From: an uncultured Omnitrophica bacterium
Lineage (GTDB): Bacteria > Omnitrophota > Gorgyraeia > JACQQV01
Length of the DNA stretch: 64,000 nt
NCBI GenBank assembly: GCA_947085655.1
Contig: CAMTXH010000006.1
Location: 70,498 to 134,497 of the forward strand
Direction: 5' to 3'
Shown one piece after another: positions 46,469 through 54,989 of this stretch (its first letter is position 1; every line of letters starts with the position of its first letter). The translations under genes were made by a program, and so were the position numbers. The notes under the pieces are model-generated. The model did not search any database. It was not told where the DNA came from and saw nothing but the letters and a program-made list of their open reading frames with translations.

Positions 46469-47596
46469 CTACTCATCGGCGTATTCCGGGTATTCGAAGA
46501 TCTCCCCTTTATAGTTACGAAGGATCACTTTGCCGTCCCCCATGCTGACGATGTAATTGGGCTGGATCGGAATCTTCCCTCCCCCGCCGGGCCCGTCAAT
46601 CACATACGTCGGCACGGCATAGCCGGTCGTATGACCCCGCAGTCCTTCGATGATCTCGACCCCCTTCTGAACCGCAGTCCGGAAATGCGTCGTTCCCTTC
46701 ACCAAGTCACACTGGTAGATGTAGTAGGGACGGACTCGGATCATGAGGAGTTTGTGCATTAATTCTTTCATCACTTCCACAGAGTCGTTGATTCCTCTAA
46801 GGAGCACGCTTTGGCTTCCCAAGGGAATGCCGGCATCGACCATCCGTTCGCAGGCCTCCTTCACTTCCGGCGTAATCTCCTTCGGATGATTCACATGGAC
46901 ACTCATCCAGACCGGATGATACTTCCGGACCATTTCGCAAAATTCCGGCGTGATCCGCTGCGGAAGGGCAAACGGAATCCGGGAGCCGATCCGTAAAAAC
47001 TCGATATGTTTAATCGAGCGGAGTCTCTTCAGCATGTATTCGATTTTTGAGTCGATCAAAAGAAGAGGATCTCCGCCCGATATCAAGACATCCCTGACAA
47101 CCGGCGTTTTCTCAAGATACTCACAGGCCCGGTCGAAATTTTCCTGGACAAAAGGGTTCCGCTTGTCCTCGCCGACGATCCGGCTTCGGGTGCAGTAACG
47201 GCAATAAACCGCACAGCGGTTCGTCACCAAAAGGAGCACCCGGTCCGGATACCGATGGACCAGCCCCGGCACCGGCATGTGGCTGTCCTCCCCGCAGGGG
47301 TCGGTCATCTCAAGGGGCGAAACAATCAGTTCCCCCGCCCTCGGGACAAACTGCCGCCGGATCGGGCAACTCGGATCCTGGGGATCCATCAGGATGGCGG
47401 TATGGGGGGTAATGGCCATGGAGAGTTTATGCTTTGGAAGTTTAAGCCCCTCCTCTTCCTCGGGTGTGAGTGTAATGATCTGTTCCAGCTCTTCCTTGGT
47501 CTTCAGACTGTTCCGGAGTTGCCACTTCCAGTCGTTCCACTCCGCATCCGAAACACCACTCCAAATTCCCCGTGCGGCCTTTACCGCAATCGCCAT
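46469..47596 (-). CDS. kamA: lysine 2,3-aminomutase family radical SAM protein (KamA/EpmB-like)
   Basis: CxxxCxxC (CAVYCRYC). N-terminal W..WQLRN motif. PLP-binding region. Start placed at MAIAVKAARG (the ORF-track start is 55 codons upstream). Confidence 0.8.
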   Translation of the reverse strand: MAIAVKAARGIWSGVSDAEWNDWKWQLRNSLKTKEELEQIITLTPEEEEGLKLPKHKLSMAITPHTAILMDPQDPSCPIRRQFVPRAGELIVSPLEMTDPCGEDSHMPVPGLVHRYPDRVLLLVTNRCAVYCRYCTRSRIVGEDKRNPFVQENFDRACEYLEKTPVVRDVLISGGDPLLLIDSKIEYMLKRLRSIKHIEFLRIGSRIPFALPQRITPEFCEMVRKYHPVWMSVHVNHPKEITPEVKEACERMVDAGIPLGSQSVLLRGINDSVEVMKELMHKLLMIRVRPYYIYQCDLVKGTTHFRTAVQKGVEIIEGLRGHTTGYAVPTYVIDGPGGGGKIPIQPNYIVSMGDGKVILRNYKGEIFEYPEYADE

Positions 47597-47609
47597 GCTC
47601 TGCCCTCCT

Positions 47610-48680
47610 TTAGGATGCCGCCAGTCGATTGGTCTTCTGCCACAACTTCTCCTGCGGCACCGATTTTGCCCTTTTGCGGGCAATGGCACATTCCACAATT
47701 TTTCCGATGACGTCGGCATAAGAGAGTCCGGCGGCCTGCGCCGAACGGATGAAACCCGCATCCGACGAAATGGCAGGATTCGGATTCACTTCAATAATAT
47801 AAGGGGTCTCTCCCCTGGCTCTGAAATCGACCCGGACATAATCCCGGCACCCGAGCGCCGCGGAAGCCCTCAAGGCAAGGGCGTGGAGTCTTTTCTCAAG
47901 CGAAGAAGAAAGGGATGCGGGACAGACCGGCGGCGTTTTTTTATACTCCGGGGAATCCTCCTTCCACTTGGAAGCAAAGGTCAGGATCCGGGGCATGCCG
48001 GGAGGAATGGAGGAAAAATCAATTTCAGAAATCGGAAGGATCTGGGCGTTTTTTCCGTTTCCGAGAATCGCCACATTGAATTCCCGGCCGTCAATATACT
48101 CCTCCGCAATGACCGGCTGGTGGTACTTTACCATCATCTTCATGACCTGTTCGCGGAGGGCCGTTTCGTTTTCCACGACCGAATCCTTCTCCATGCCAAG
48201 ACTCCCATCCTCATGAAGGAGTTTCACGATGAGGGGAAACTGGACATTGGCCGGAAGCGCTTCGAGTCCGGTTTCAAAGACCAGATGAGCCGGCACCGGG
48301 AGGCCATTGGCTGACAAAAACCGCTGGGTCTTTGATTTGTTGAGGGAAAGTCCCAGGGTCAGAGGTCCGGATCCGGTATAAACCACTCCCAAAAGCTCCA
48401 TGAGAGATGCCACATACGCCTCGTACACCCCCTCCCCCTTGATATCCTCGCAGAGGTTGAAGACAATATCCCCCCGGTAAAGGAGGAGTTCCTGGAGAAA
48501 GGTCTCGATGTTCTGATAGACAATTTGTAGGCGGCGGGTCGTGTAGCCGAGCCGGGAGAGGGCCTGCTCCACCTCTTTGGCTTCGGTAAGGATGTCATCC
48601 TGGGAAGAGAGCGACCGATCTTCCGATCCCTCCCCGTATTGACTGTTATCGTAAAGAATGGTGATGGGTTCTCGATACAT
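47610..48680 (-). CDS. D-alanine--D-alanine ligase family ATP-grasp enzyme (Ddl-like) 1
   Basis: ATP-grasp motifs (LIVKLLHEDGSLGM...EEYIDGREF...IIEVNPNP). Confidence 0.7.
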   Translation of the reverse strand: MYREPITILYDNSQYGEGSEDRSLSSQDDILTEAKEVEQALSRLGYTTRRLQIVYQNIETFLQELLLYRGDIVFNLCEDIKGEGVYEAYVASLMELLGVVYTGSGPLTLGLSLNKSKTQRFLSANGLPVPAHLVFETGLEALPANVQFPLIVKLLHEDGSLGMEKDSVVENETALREQVMKMMVKYHQPVIAEEYIDGREFNVAILGNGKNAQILPISEIDFSSIPPGMPRILTFASKWKEDSPEYKKTPPVCPASLSSSLEKRLHALALRASAALGCRDYVRVDFRARGETPYIIEVNPNPAISSDAGFIRSAQAAGLSYADVIGKIVECAIARKRAKSVPQEKLWQKTNRLAAS

Positions 48681-49716
48681 GCTCCACCAGTCCTACCCGC
48701 TTGCAAGCGATTGAAAAAACCTTGAGGATGAGTTCTTCATACGTCATTCCCATGGCGCGGGCCGCCTTTGGAAAACAGGAATTCTGTTCCGGATCCGGAA
48801 GAATCCCGGGAAGGGGATTCACCTCGATGATTTGCGGCTCCCCTTTTGCATCCAGCCGGAGATCTATCCGGCACCAGTCCCGGCATTTCAATGCGAAAAA
48901 GGCCTCCCGGGAGAGCTCCGCCAGACGCTTCTCTAGCTCGGGCGGAATCTTGGCCGGACATTCAAAGATCCGGAGAGGAGAAGAAGGGGTATCCCAGACC
49001 CACTTGGCCTCGTACGAATAAATTGGGTTGGCTTTTTTGGGCAGGGCCTTCAGGTTAATTTCAACGACTGGAAGGACCTCAAGAGAGGGACCATTTCCCA
49101 GAAGGGCAACGGTGAATTCCCTCCCTGGGAGAAACTCCTCCACCAAGGCAGGCTGATGATAGCACTCCAGGATGCGATGGACTTCTTTCCGGAGGGTTTG
49201 GTCATTTTCAGCGACTGAACTGTCCGGAATCCCCTTGCTTGACCCTTCCCAAACGGGCTTCACGATGAGGGGAAACTCAAGACCGTTCCGCTGAAAACTC
49301 GGGCTTTTGAAAACGAGGAAGTCAGGGGTGGGAATCCGGTGCTGCCGCAGGACCCGTTTTGTCCAGGCCTTATCCAGGGTAATGGTGAGGGTTTCGGGAC
49401 TCGATCCGGTATAAGGAATAGAGAGGCGCTCCAAAAGCGCCGGAATTTCCGCCTCCCGCAAGGGACCAAAACGGCCTTCTGCGATGTTAAAAACGATATT
49501 GGGCCGTTCCTGTTTCAGGCGCTGGGCTGCCGATCGGTCCGCCTCAATCAAGACCACTTCGTGATAGCGACAAAGGGGCCTTGCGATTGCCTGAATGGTC
49601 TCGGCTTCATCCCATTCCAGATAGGCGTCTTCCGGGACCCCCTTCCTTCTTCCGTTTCCAGCCGCCCCGAGAGTCCCGACCTCTTTTTTTTCGTTATAGG
49701 TCAGGCCAACCTTCAC
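48646..49716 (-). CDS. D-alanine--D-alanine ligase family ATP-grasp enzyme (Ddl-like) 2
   Basis: Paralog of the preceding gene (LIVKPVWEGSSKGI...EEFLPGREF...IIEVNPLP). Confidence 0.7.
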   Translation of the reverse strand: MKVGLTYNEKKEVGTLGAAGNGRRKGVPEDAYLEWDEAETIQAIARPLCRYHEVVLIEADRSAAQRLKQERPNIVFNIAEGRFGPLREAEIPALLERLSIPYTGSSPETLTITLDKAWTKRVLRQHRIPTPDFLVFKSPSFQRNGLEFPLIVKPVWEGSSKGIPDSSVAENDQTLRKEVHRILECYHQPALVEEFLPGREFTVALLGNGPSLEVLPVVEINLKALPKKANPIYSYEAKWVWDTPSSPLRIFECPAKIPPELEKRLAELSREAFFALKCRDWCRIDLRLDAKGEPQIIEVNPLPGILPDPEQNSCFPKAARAMGMTYEELILKVFSIACKRVGLVEHVSRTHHHSLR

Positions 49717-49737
49717 TGTCGCGTCACATTCTCGCCT

Positions 49738-50088
49738 TTAGGGGTTCCCTCCTAAAAGCGAAACCCGTTCCTTTAGGGTACTCCGCGCAATGGTATCCAC
49801 CAATCGCAGTACCCGAAAGATCCGGTCGTCCGCCACCGCGTAGTAGACGTTTGCCCCCTCCTGCCGGGACACCAGAATGTTGGCATGTTTCAATGCCGCT
49901 AAATGACGCGACACGTTTGATTGTCCAATTCCGATGGCAGAGACAATGTCTCCGACCGCCTTTTCTCCTTCTTTCAAGGATTCTAAAATCTCCAACCGGA
50001 CCGGATGCGCCAGCGCCTTCAGGTAATTTGACTTGAGATTTCGCCGTGCAATCTGGACACGACCCATCCGAATGACTCCTATATACAC
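49738..50088 (-). CDS. ArsR/SmtB family transcriptional regulator
   Basis: HTH_ArsR signature (ALAHPVRLEILESL...VGDIV...GQSNVSRHLAALKHANIL). Confidence 0.8.
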   Translation of the reverse strand: MYIGVIRMGRVQIARRNLKSNYLKALAHPVRLEILESLKEGEKAVGDIVSAIGIGQSNVSRHLAALKHANILVSRQEGANVYYAVADDRIFRVLRLVDTIARSTLKERVSLLGGNP

Positions 50089-50149
50089 ATATCCCTCTTG
50101 TCGCCTATGAAAATATTAGCATATGTCTATTTACTTGTCAAGGGATTTT

Positions 50150-51259
50150 TTACTCGTTGGTGAGAAGCCAGTCCAGCCGGAGGGTCTTTTCAATGTCCTT
50201 CACAGCCCCTTTAGCCCGTTTTTCAAGGTCGGAAAGCCCGAAGGTCTGGGTGACCACCCTTCCGACCCCCATCCGGAGGGTCCGGGCCAGGTTCTGGCGG
50301 ATGCTTTCCTTGACATCCTCTCCAAGAGCGAAAGCCGGGTCATGGAGGGAACCGCTCACCTTCACCGGAAAGGCGACCACACCCTGACTATCCCGCAGAT
50401 AGGCCAAAAGCTGTTCCTGGGAAATGCCGAAAATCGTCTCAACCAGTGCACTGGCGGGAGAGGGGCGAAGGAGAAGGTCATGGATCTGGATCAGCCCGAC
50501 CCCCCGGAGCATCCCTTCTGAAATCTCCAAATCTCCTTCCAGATCCAGCCAGCCGCGCGCCAATCCCATCGGCACCGGCTGAGTCAAATATGGGTTCCAG
50601 GGGGGAAGGTCCATCTCCTGGACCATCACTCCCATTCGGAGATCCCCTTTTTGCGGCTCCAGCCATCCCTTGAGCCGAAGTGAGCCGGCGGAGGGAAACG
50701 ACCCTGCGCCCACCTTCCCTTCCAGCCAGAAAGGAATTTCGCCGCTTTGGAGCGGAAAACGGAGCTTCTCTGCTCCAGCGGTTACCTCCCGAAGATGCAC
50801 GGCATATTCCCCCGGGATAGACCCATCGGAAATTTCCAAGCTTCCCTCTTTGATGGAGAAGGATTGGACAGAAAAAGTCCTTTTTGGGGCAGGGATCCTG
50901 GTTGGGCCTCTTTCTTTTAAATAACGGAAGAGATTCAACGACCCATCCGGATGCCGGTAAAGCCAAAGGGTCGGACGCTCCACCGATACCTTTTCCACTT
51001 CAATCGCCTCAGACAAAAGGGACTTCCAGCGGGGAACAAGGGTCACCCGCTCCGTGCGAAACCGTTCGCGCCCCTTTGCGAAAAGACGGAGATGGGAAAG
51101 AACAATCTGACCCGGCCGCTCAAGAGAGACCTTGAGCAGAAAGACATCCAGCCCTGTTGTCCTTTCGAGGAGCGTCACGGTAGCGGTTTTTAAGAGGAAG
51201 GGGAAAGCGAGGGTAAGGACAACAATCAAAATGAGGGACCAAAGGAGAAAATACTTCAC
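50150..51259 (-). CDS. hypothetical membrane-anchored protein (AsmA/DUF748-like?)
   Basis: N-terminal TM anchor. No firm motif. Confidence 0.35.
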   Translation of the reverse strand: MKYFLLWSLILIVVLTLAFPFLLKTATVTLLERTTGLDVFLLKVSLERPGQIVLSHLRLFAKGRERFRTERVTLVPRWKSLLSEAIEVEKVSVERPTLWLYRHPDGSLNLFRYLKERGPTRIPAPKRTFSVQSFSIKEGSLEISDGSIPGEYAVHLREVTAGAEKLRFPLQSGEIPFWLEGKVGAGSFPSAGSLRLKGWLEPQKGDLRMGVMVQEMDLPPWNPYLTQPVPMGLARGWLDLEGDLEISEGMLRGVGLIQIHDLLLRPSPASALVETIFGISQEQLLAYLRDSQGVVAFPVKVSGSLHDPAFALGEDVKESIRQNLARTLRMGVGRVVTQTFGLSDLEKRAKGAVKDIEKTLRLDWLLTNE

Positions 51260-51873
51260 CGGTGGTTTGTCAGGTGAGCGGTGTCGTTGATGCGGGTGAC
51301 AACCGTTCCCCGGGAGGTCCCGGTCCGGATCTCCGTCAATCCGGCATTGTCAAGCCGCAGACGGATTAGGAACTGATCTCTGTCCCCTTTCAGAAGGCGG
51401 GAAAGAACCGCGGCGATCACACCACCATGAGTCACGATTAAAAGGTTCCCCTCCGATTTCCGCTTCAGGAGTCGTTTAAAGGTCTTCAGGACCCTCCTCT
51501 GGAATCTGGAAACCGCCTCCGCCTTCGGAATCCGGACCTTGGAGGGCGTTTTGAGCCACTTTTGGTAGCCGTTCCGGTAGGCGCGGTTGATCTCTTGGGG
51601 GGTCATCCCTTCCCACGCCCCCAGATCTATCTCTCGAAGCCCTCTTTCGTACAGAATCGGGACACTGAGTTCCTTTTGAATGAGCCGGGCGGTTTCCCGG
51701 CTCCGGAGAAGGTCGCTTGCAACAATCCGGGAAATTCCCTCCCGTTTCAGCCGGCGGGCCAACTGCCGTGCCTGACGCTTCCCTTCAGCCGAAAGAGAGG
51801 GATTATGGCTTCCCTGAAGCCGATTTTGCTCATTCCAGATTGTCGAACCGTGACGGACAAAATAGATGTTCAT
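51256..51873 (-). CDS. histidine phosphatase family protein (phosphoglycerate mutase-like)
   Basis: RHG motif (VRHGSTIWN) and ...THGGVI. Confidence 0.8.
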   Translation of the reverse strand: MNIYFVRHGSTIWNEQNRLQGSHNPSLSAEGKRQARQLARRLKREGISRIVASDLLRSRETARLIQKELSVPILYERGLREIDLGAWEGMTPQEINRAYRNGYQKWLKTPSKVRIPKAEAVSRFQRRVLKTFKRLLKRKSEGNLLIVTHGGVIAAVLSRLLKGDRDQFLIRLRLDNAGLTEIRTGTSRGTVVTRINDTAHLTNHR

Positions 51874-51925
51874 GCCTTAATCAGCAGAAAGGATGGGCCT
51901 TGGGCAGGATGGGGAGACAAAGGCG

Positions 51926-52288
51926 TTATGGCTGATTGGGCTGGGACTGCTTTTCGAGCTCAAAGATACGGGATTCCAGGACCTGCTTCTCCCGAAGAAG
52001 CCGGTCATGGTCATTCTTCAGAGAAATCTTGATGTCCACAAGACGATCGTATTCCTCACGAAGAGCCGACTTTTCTCCAAGCGCCTCCGCCAATTTCGAA
52101 CGGCTTTCGGCCAATTCCTCCTTCACGGTCTCTTTTTCCTTTTCAAGGTCACCCTTCTCCTTCGTCAAGACGGTCACCTGATCCCTGAGCTTGTCCCGCT
52201 CCCTGCGAAGTTCGTTGTATTTTTCCTTGGAAACCCCGCACCCGGCCAAAAAGAGCACCGCCAGTACAAGAAGTTCAATTCTTTTCAT
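51926..52288 (-). CDS. coiled-coil lipoprotein
   Basis: Internal start MKRIELLVLAVLFLAGC (lipobox) followed by heptad-rich sequence. Confidence 0.5.
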   Translation of the reverse strand: MKRIELLVLAVLFLAGCGVSKEKYNELRRERDKLRDQVTVLTKEKGDLEKEKETVKEELAESRSKLAEALGEKSALREEYDRLVDIKISLKNDHDRLLREKQVLESRIFELEKQSQPNQP

Positions 52289-52713
52289 TGCGATTCCTCT
52301 TGCTGAAGATACTGTTTCAGTTTCTCCCAAGTGACCGGTCCGACCACGCCGTCCGCTTTAAGCCCTTGGGAACCTTGGAAATCCTCAATCGCTTTTTGGG
52401 TGAGAGGGCCTGCCTTTCCGTCAACGGCTCCCGCGTAGTATCCCGCACCCTTCAGCGCAGCCTGGATCAACCGGGTTTTTTCGGAGGCATTTTGAGGAAG
52501 TTCCGAAAACGCAACAGGCGCAGAGACGGATGGAGAGGCGGTTACGCTCACTGCCGGTGAAACCGGCCTCGATGAAACAACCGTTACCCCCGGAGCCGGC
52601 TCCGACCAAGTCGGTTCCGTGCCGACCGTTTCATGGGCTTCCTCCCGCGACCCGCATCCCGAAAAAAAGAGCACCACAAAACCTAAAAAAACACCCAAAA
52701 AAAATTTTGGCAT
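52285..52713 (-). CDS. peptidoglycan-binding domain lipoprotein
   Basis: Internal start MPKFFLGVFLGFVVLFFSGCGS (lipobox). C-terminal PG_binding_1-like (LIQAALKGAGYYAGAVDGKAGPLTQKAIEDFQ). Confidence 0.6.
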   Translation of the reverse strand: MPKFFLGVFLGFVVLFFSGCGSREEAHETVGTEPTWSEPAPGVTVVSSRPVSPAVSVTASPSVSAPVAFSELPQNASEKTRLIQAALKGAGYYAGAVDGKAGPLTQKAIEDFQGSQGLKADGVVGPVTWEKLKQYLQQEESQ

Positions 52714-52798
52714 CAAAGCCCTCCCTTTTAAATTAGAGTTCATTATAAACGGGGGCACTTCTCTTGTCAAGGCCGTCCGGTTAGGGTAGGATAATCGT

Positions 52799-54268
52799 GT
52801 GAAGCCGCTCAAACAACTCATCCCGAGCCATGTCTGTCTCTCCTGCCGGGTCTGCTGCCGTTTTGCAGAGCAGAAGAGCACCATGGTCCCGCGTTTCATG
52901 CAGGAGGAAGTGGACCGGCTTTCCCCAAAAGAGCGGACCTTCTTCCAGACCTCCGGGAAGAGTCCCCGCCGTCCCGCCTTGAAACACTATGAAGGGACCT
53001 CCGGTCAAACTTGCGCCTGTCCCTTCTTCAATCCGGTCACACAGGAATGCACCATCTACCCCAACCGTCCTCTGGATTGCCAACTCTACCCTTTTGTGTT
53101 GACCTTCGGGGCAACGCGCAAGCGGATCCTTTTGAGTTTGGATACCCAATGTCCTTTTGTACAGGACGCTGCCAATCAGGAGGCGCTGGCCGGCTACGGC
53201 GATTATGTTCGGGATTATCTTGAGGAAAGATCGCTCGTTTCATCCCTCTCCCTTAATCCCGGTTTGGTCAGTGAAGATGGGCCGAGCTTTCTTCCTTTTT
53301 TTCCCCTTGCCGGGCTTTCGGAAAAAATTTGTCGTGTCACCCTCTATGGGGATCTCTCTCCCCTCCCTCGCGGCTGGAATCCGGTCACTCTCGAGGACCA
53401 CGAGTTTTTGAGGAGGCGTTTCTCCGGTTCGCCGCGCGAATTTTCCGAGGAATCGTTCGTCTCCTCCGTTATTTTTTCAGACCTGATGCATTTCTATTGG
53501 AAGGAAAAAGAAGGGGTCCTTTTTATGGTCGCTCAACAGGGAAACCGTTTTTTCATGTCGGTCCCTCCGCTCGTGCCGAAAAGAACGGATCGTCATCTCC
53601 GGTCCGCTTTCGAAATGCTTTCCGAATTAAATCCGCCGGGGTCTGCGGGCCGGATTGAGGGGCTGACCGAAGAAGAGGCGGCCCTTGCCGCCTCATTCGG
53701 TGCTTGCTGCTATCCGAAGCCGCCGGAGTATCTTTACGAACGGAAGTCCCTTGTAGAGCTCTCCGGAGACCCTTATAAATCGAAGCGTGCGCTTTGCAAC
53801 TATTTTACCGGTCATTATCCGTTTACGCTGGAGCCGTATCAATCTTCGGATTTTCTGGAATGTCTCCAATGTTTCAAACGATGGCAGAATGAAAAACAGA
53901 AAAAGACAGAAGATACCTACGCCCTCGCCTTGCTGGAGGATGCCGCATTTGTGCATCGTCGGGCACTCCTCCATGCGGAGGCACTCGAGCTCGAAGGCAA
54001 AGTCATCCGAATCGCGGGAGAAGTTAAAGGATACACCTTCGGCTACCCCCTCAAGGAGGACACCTGGTGCATCCTTCTTGAAATCGCTGACCCCTCCATC
54101 AAGGGACTGGCGCAATTTCTCTTCAGGGAGTTCTGCCGGGAAAAGAGCGGATTTGAGTGGATCAGTGCGATGGATGATTCGGGGCTTGAAAGTCTCAGGC
54201 AGGTCAAGCGTTCCTATCGCCCCGCACGGATTAAAACTCCTTTTGTGGCTTCCCGGGAAGGCCCCTGA
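52799..54268 (+). CDS. fusion protein: YkgJ/UPF0153 CxxCxxCC metal-binding domain + DUF2156-like (MprF/LysX C-terminal, GNAT-fold) domain
   Basis: N-terminus has CLSCRVCC ... CACPFF ... CTIYPNRPLDCQLYP (UPF0153 pattern). C-terminal ~250 aa resemble DUF2156. The DUF2156 call is tentative. Confidence 0.5.
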   Translation: MKPLKQLIPSHVCLSCRVCCRFAEQKSTMVPRFMQEEVDRLSPKERTFFQTSGKSPRRPALKHYEGTSGQTCACPFFNPVTQECTIYPNRPLDCQLYPFVLTFGATRKRILLSLDTQCPFVQDAANQEALAGYGDYVRDYLEERSLVSSLSLNPGLVSEDGPSFLPFFPLAGLSEKICRVTLYGDLSPLPRGWNPVTLEDHEFLRRRFSGSPREFSEESFVSSVIFSDLMHFYWKEKEGVLFMVAQQGNRFFMSVPPLVPKRTDRHLRSAFEMLSELNPPGSAGRIEGLTEEEAALAASFGACCYPKPPEYLYERKSLVELSGDPYKSKRALCNYFTGHYPFTLEPYQSSDFLECLQCFKRWQNEKQKKTEDTYALALLEDAAFVHRRALLHAEALELEGKVIRIAGEVKGYTFGYPLKEDTWCILLEIADPSIKGLAQFLFREFCREKSGFEWISAMDDSGLESLRQVKRSYRPARIKTPFVASREGP

Positions 54269-54989
54269 ATTTCCGGAGCTGCTTCAGGGTCACCTGAAAA
54301 TCTTTCGGCAGGGGTGACTCTACAGTAATCTCCCGCCCGTCCAGATTCCGGAAGCGAAGACCCACCGCATGAAGAGTGAGGCGGTCGATGAGCGGTTTTT
54401 CCCCTTCCTCCTTCCTTTTATAGCCGGGCTTCAACTCCGAAAGGTAGAGCGCTTGGCGATGGCCGTAGAACTGATCCACCGCAAGGGGATAGCCGATACT
54501 GGCCAAGTGCACCCGGACCTGGTGTGTTCGTCCGGAAAGCGGTTTGACAAGAAGGAGGGTAAATCCCCGAAATTTTTCAAGGACCCCGTAGAGGGTCAGG
54601 GAAGGCTTTCCCCGCTTCCCGGCCACTTCGGTTTTTCCGGGACGCAACGGATCTTCCGCAATGGGCTGTTCAATCCGACCGCTCTTCTCCGCCAGTTCCC
54701 CTTCCACCAAAGCGTAATAGGTCTTGGTCACGGCGTGGGTCTGAAACTGTCGGGAAATCTCCCGCTGGCTTTCAAGATCCTTGGCAAAAAGGATGAGGCC
54801 GCTTGTCTCTTTGTCCAGACGGTGAACCAGCCGGAGACTTGAACTCAGTGTCTCCCGCATGGTTCCCAAGAGACTGATTTTCGTCTTGTTCCACCGATCC
54901 GGAATCGTCAGAATCCCGGCCGGCTTGTTCACCACCACCAAGTGTGAATCTTCATAGAGAATTTCGGGTGCGAGGGAATCGGTTTTCAC
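54231..54989 (-). CDS. RluA-family 23S rRNA/tRNA pseudouridine synthase
   Basis: Catalytic motif HRLDKETSGLILFAK. Confidence 0.85.
   Translation of the reverse strand: MKTDSLAPEILYEDSHLVVVNKPAGILTIPDRWNKTKISLLGTMRETLSSSLRLVHRLDKETSGLILFAKDLESQREISRQFQTHAVTKTYYALVEGELAEKSGRIEQPIAEDPLRPGKTEVAGKRGKPSLTLYGVLEKFRGFTLLLVKPLSGRTHQVRVHLASIGYPLAVDQFYGHRQALYLSELKPGYKRKEEGEKPLIDRLTLHAVGLRFRNLDGREITVESPLPKDFQVTLKQLRKFRGLPGKPQKEF

Noticed and set aside
47277-48314. 345-aa plus-strand ORF
   Set aside because: Antisense to kamA and the first Ddl-like gene.
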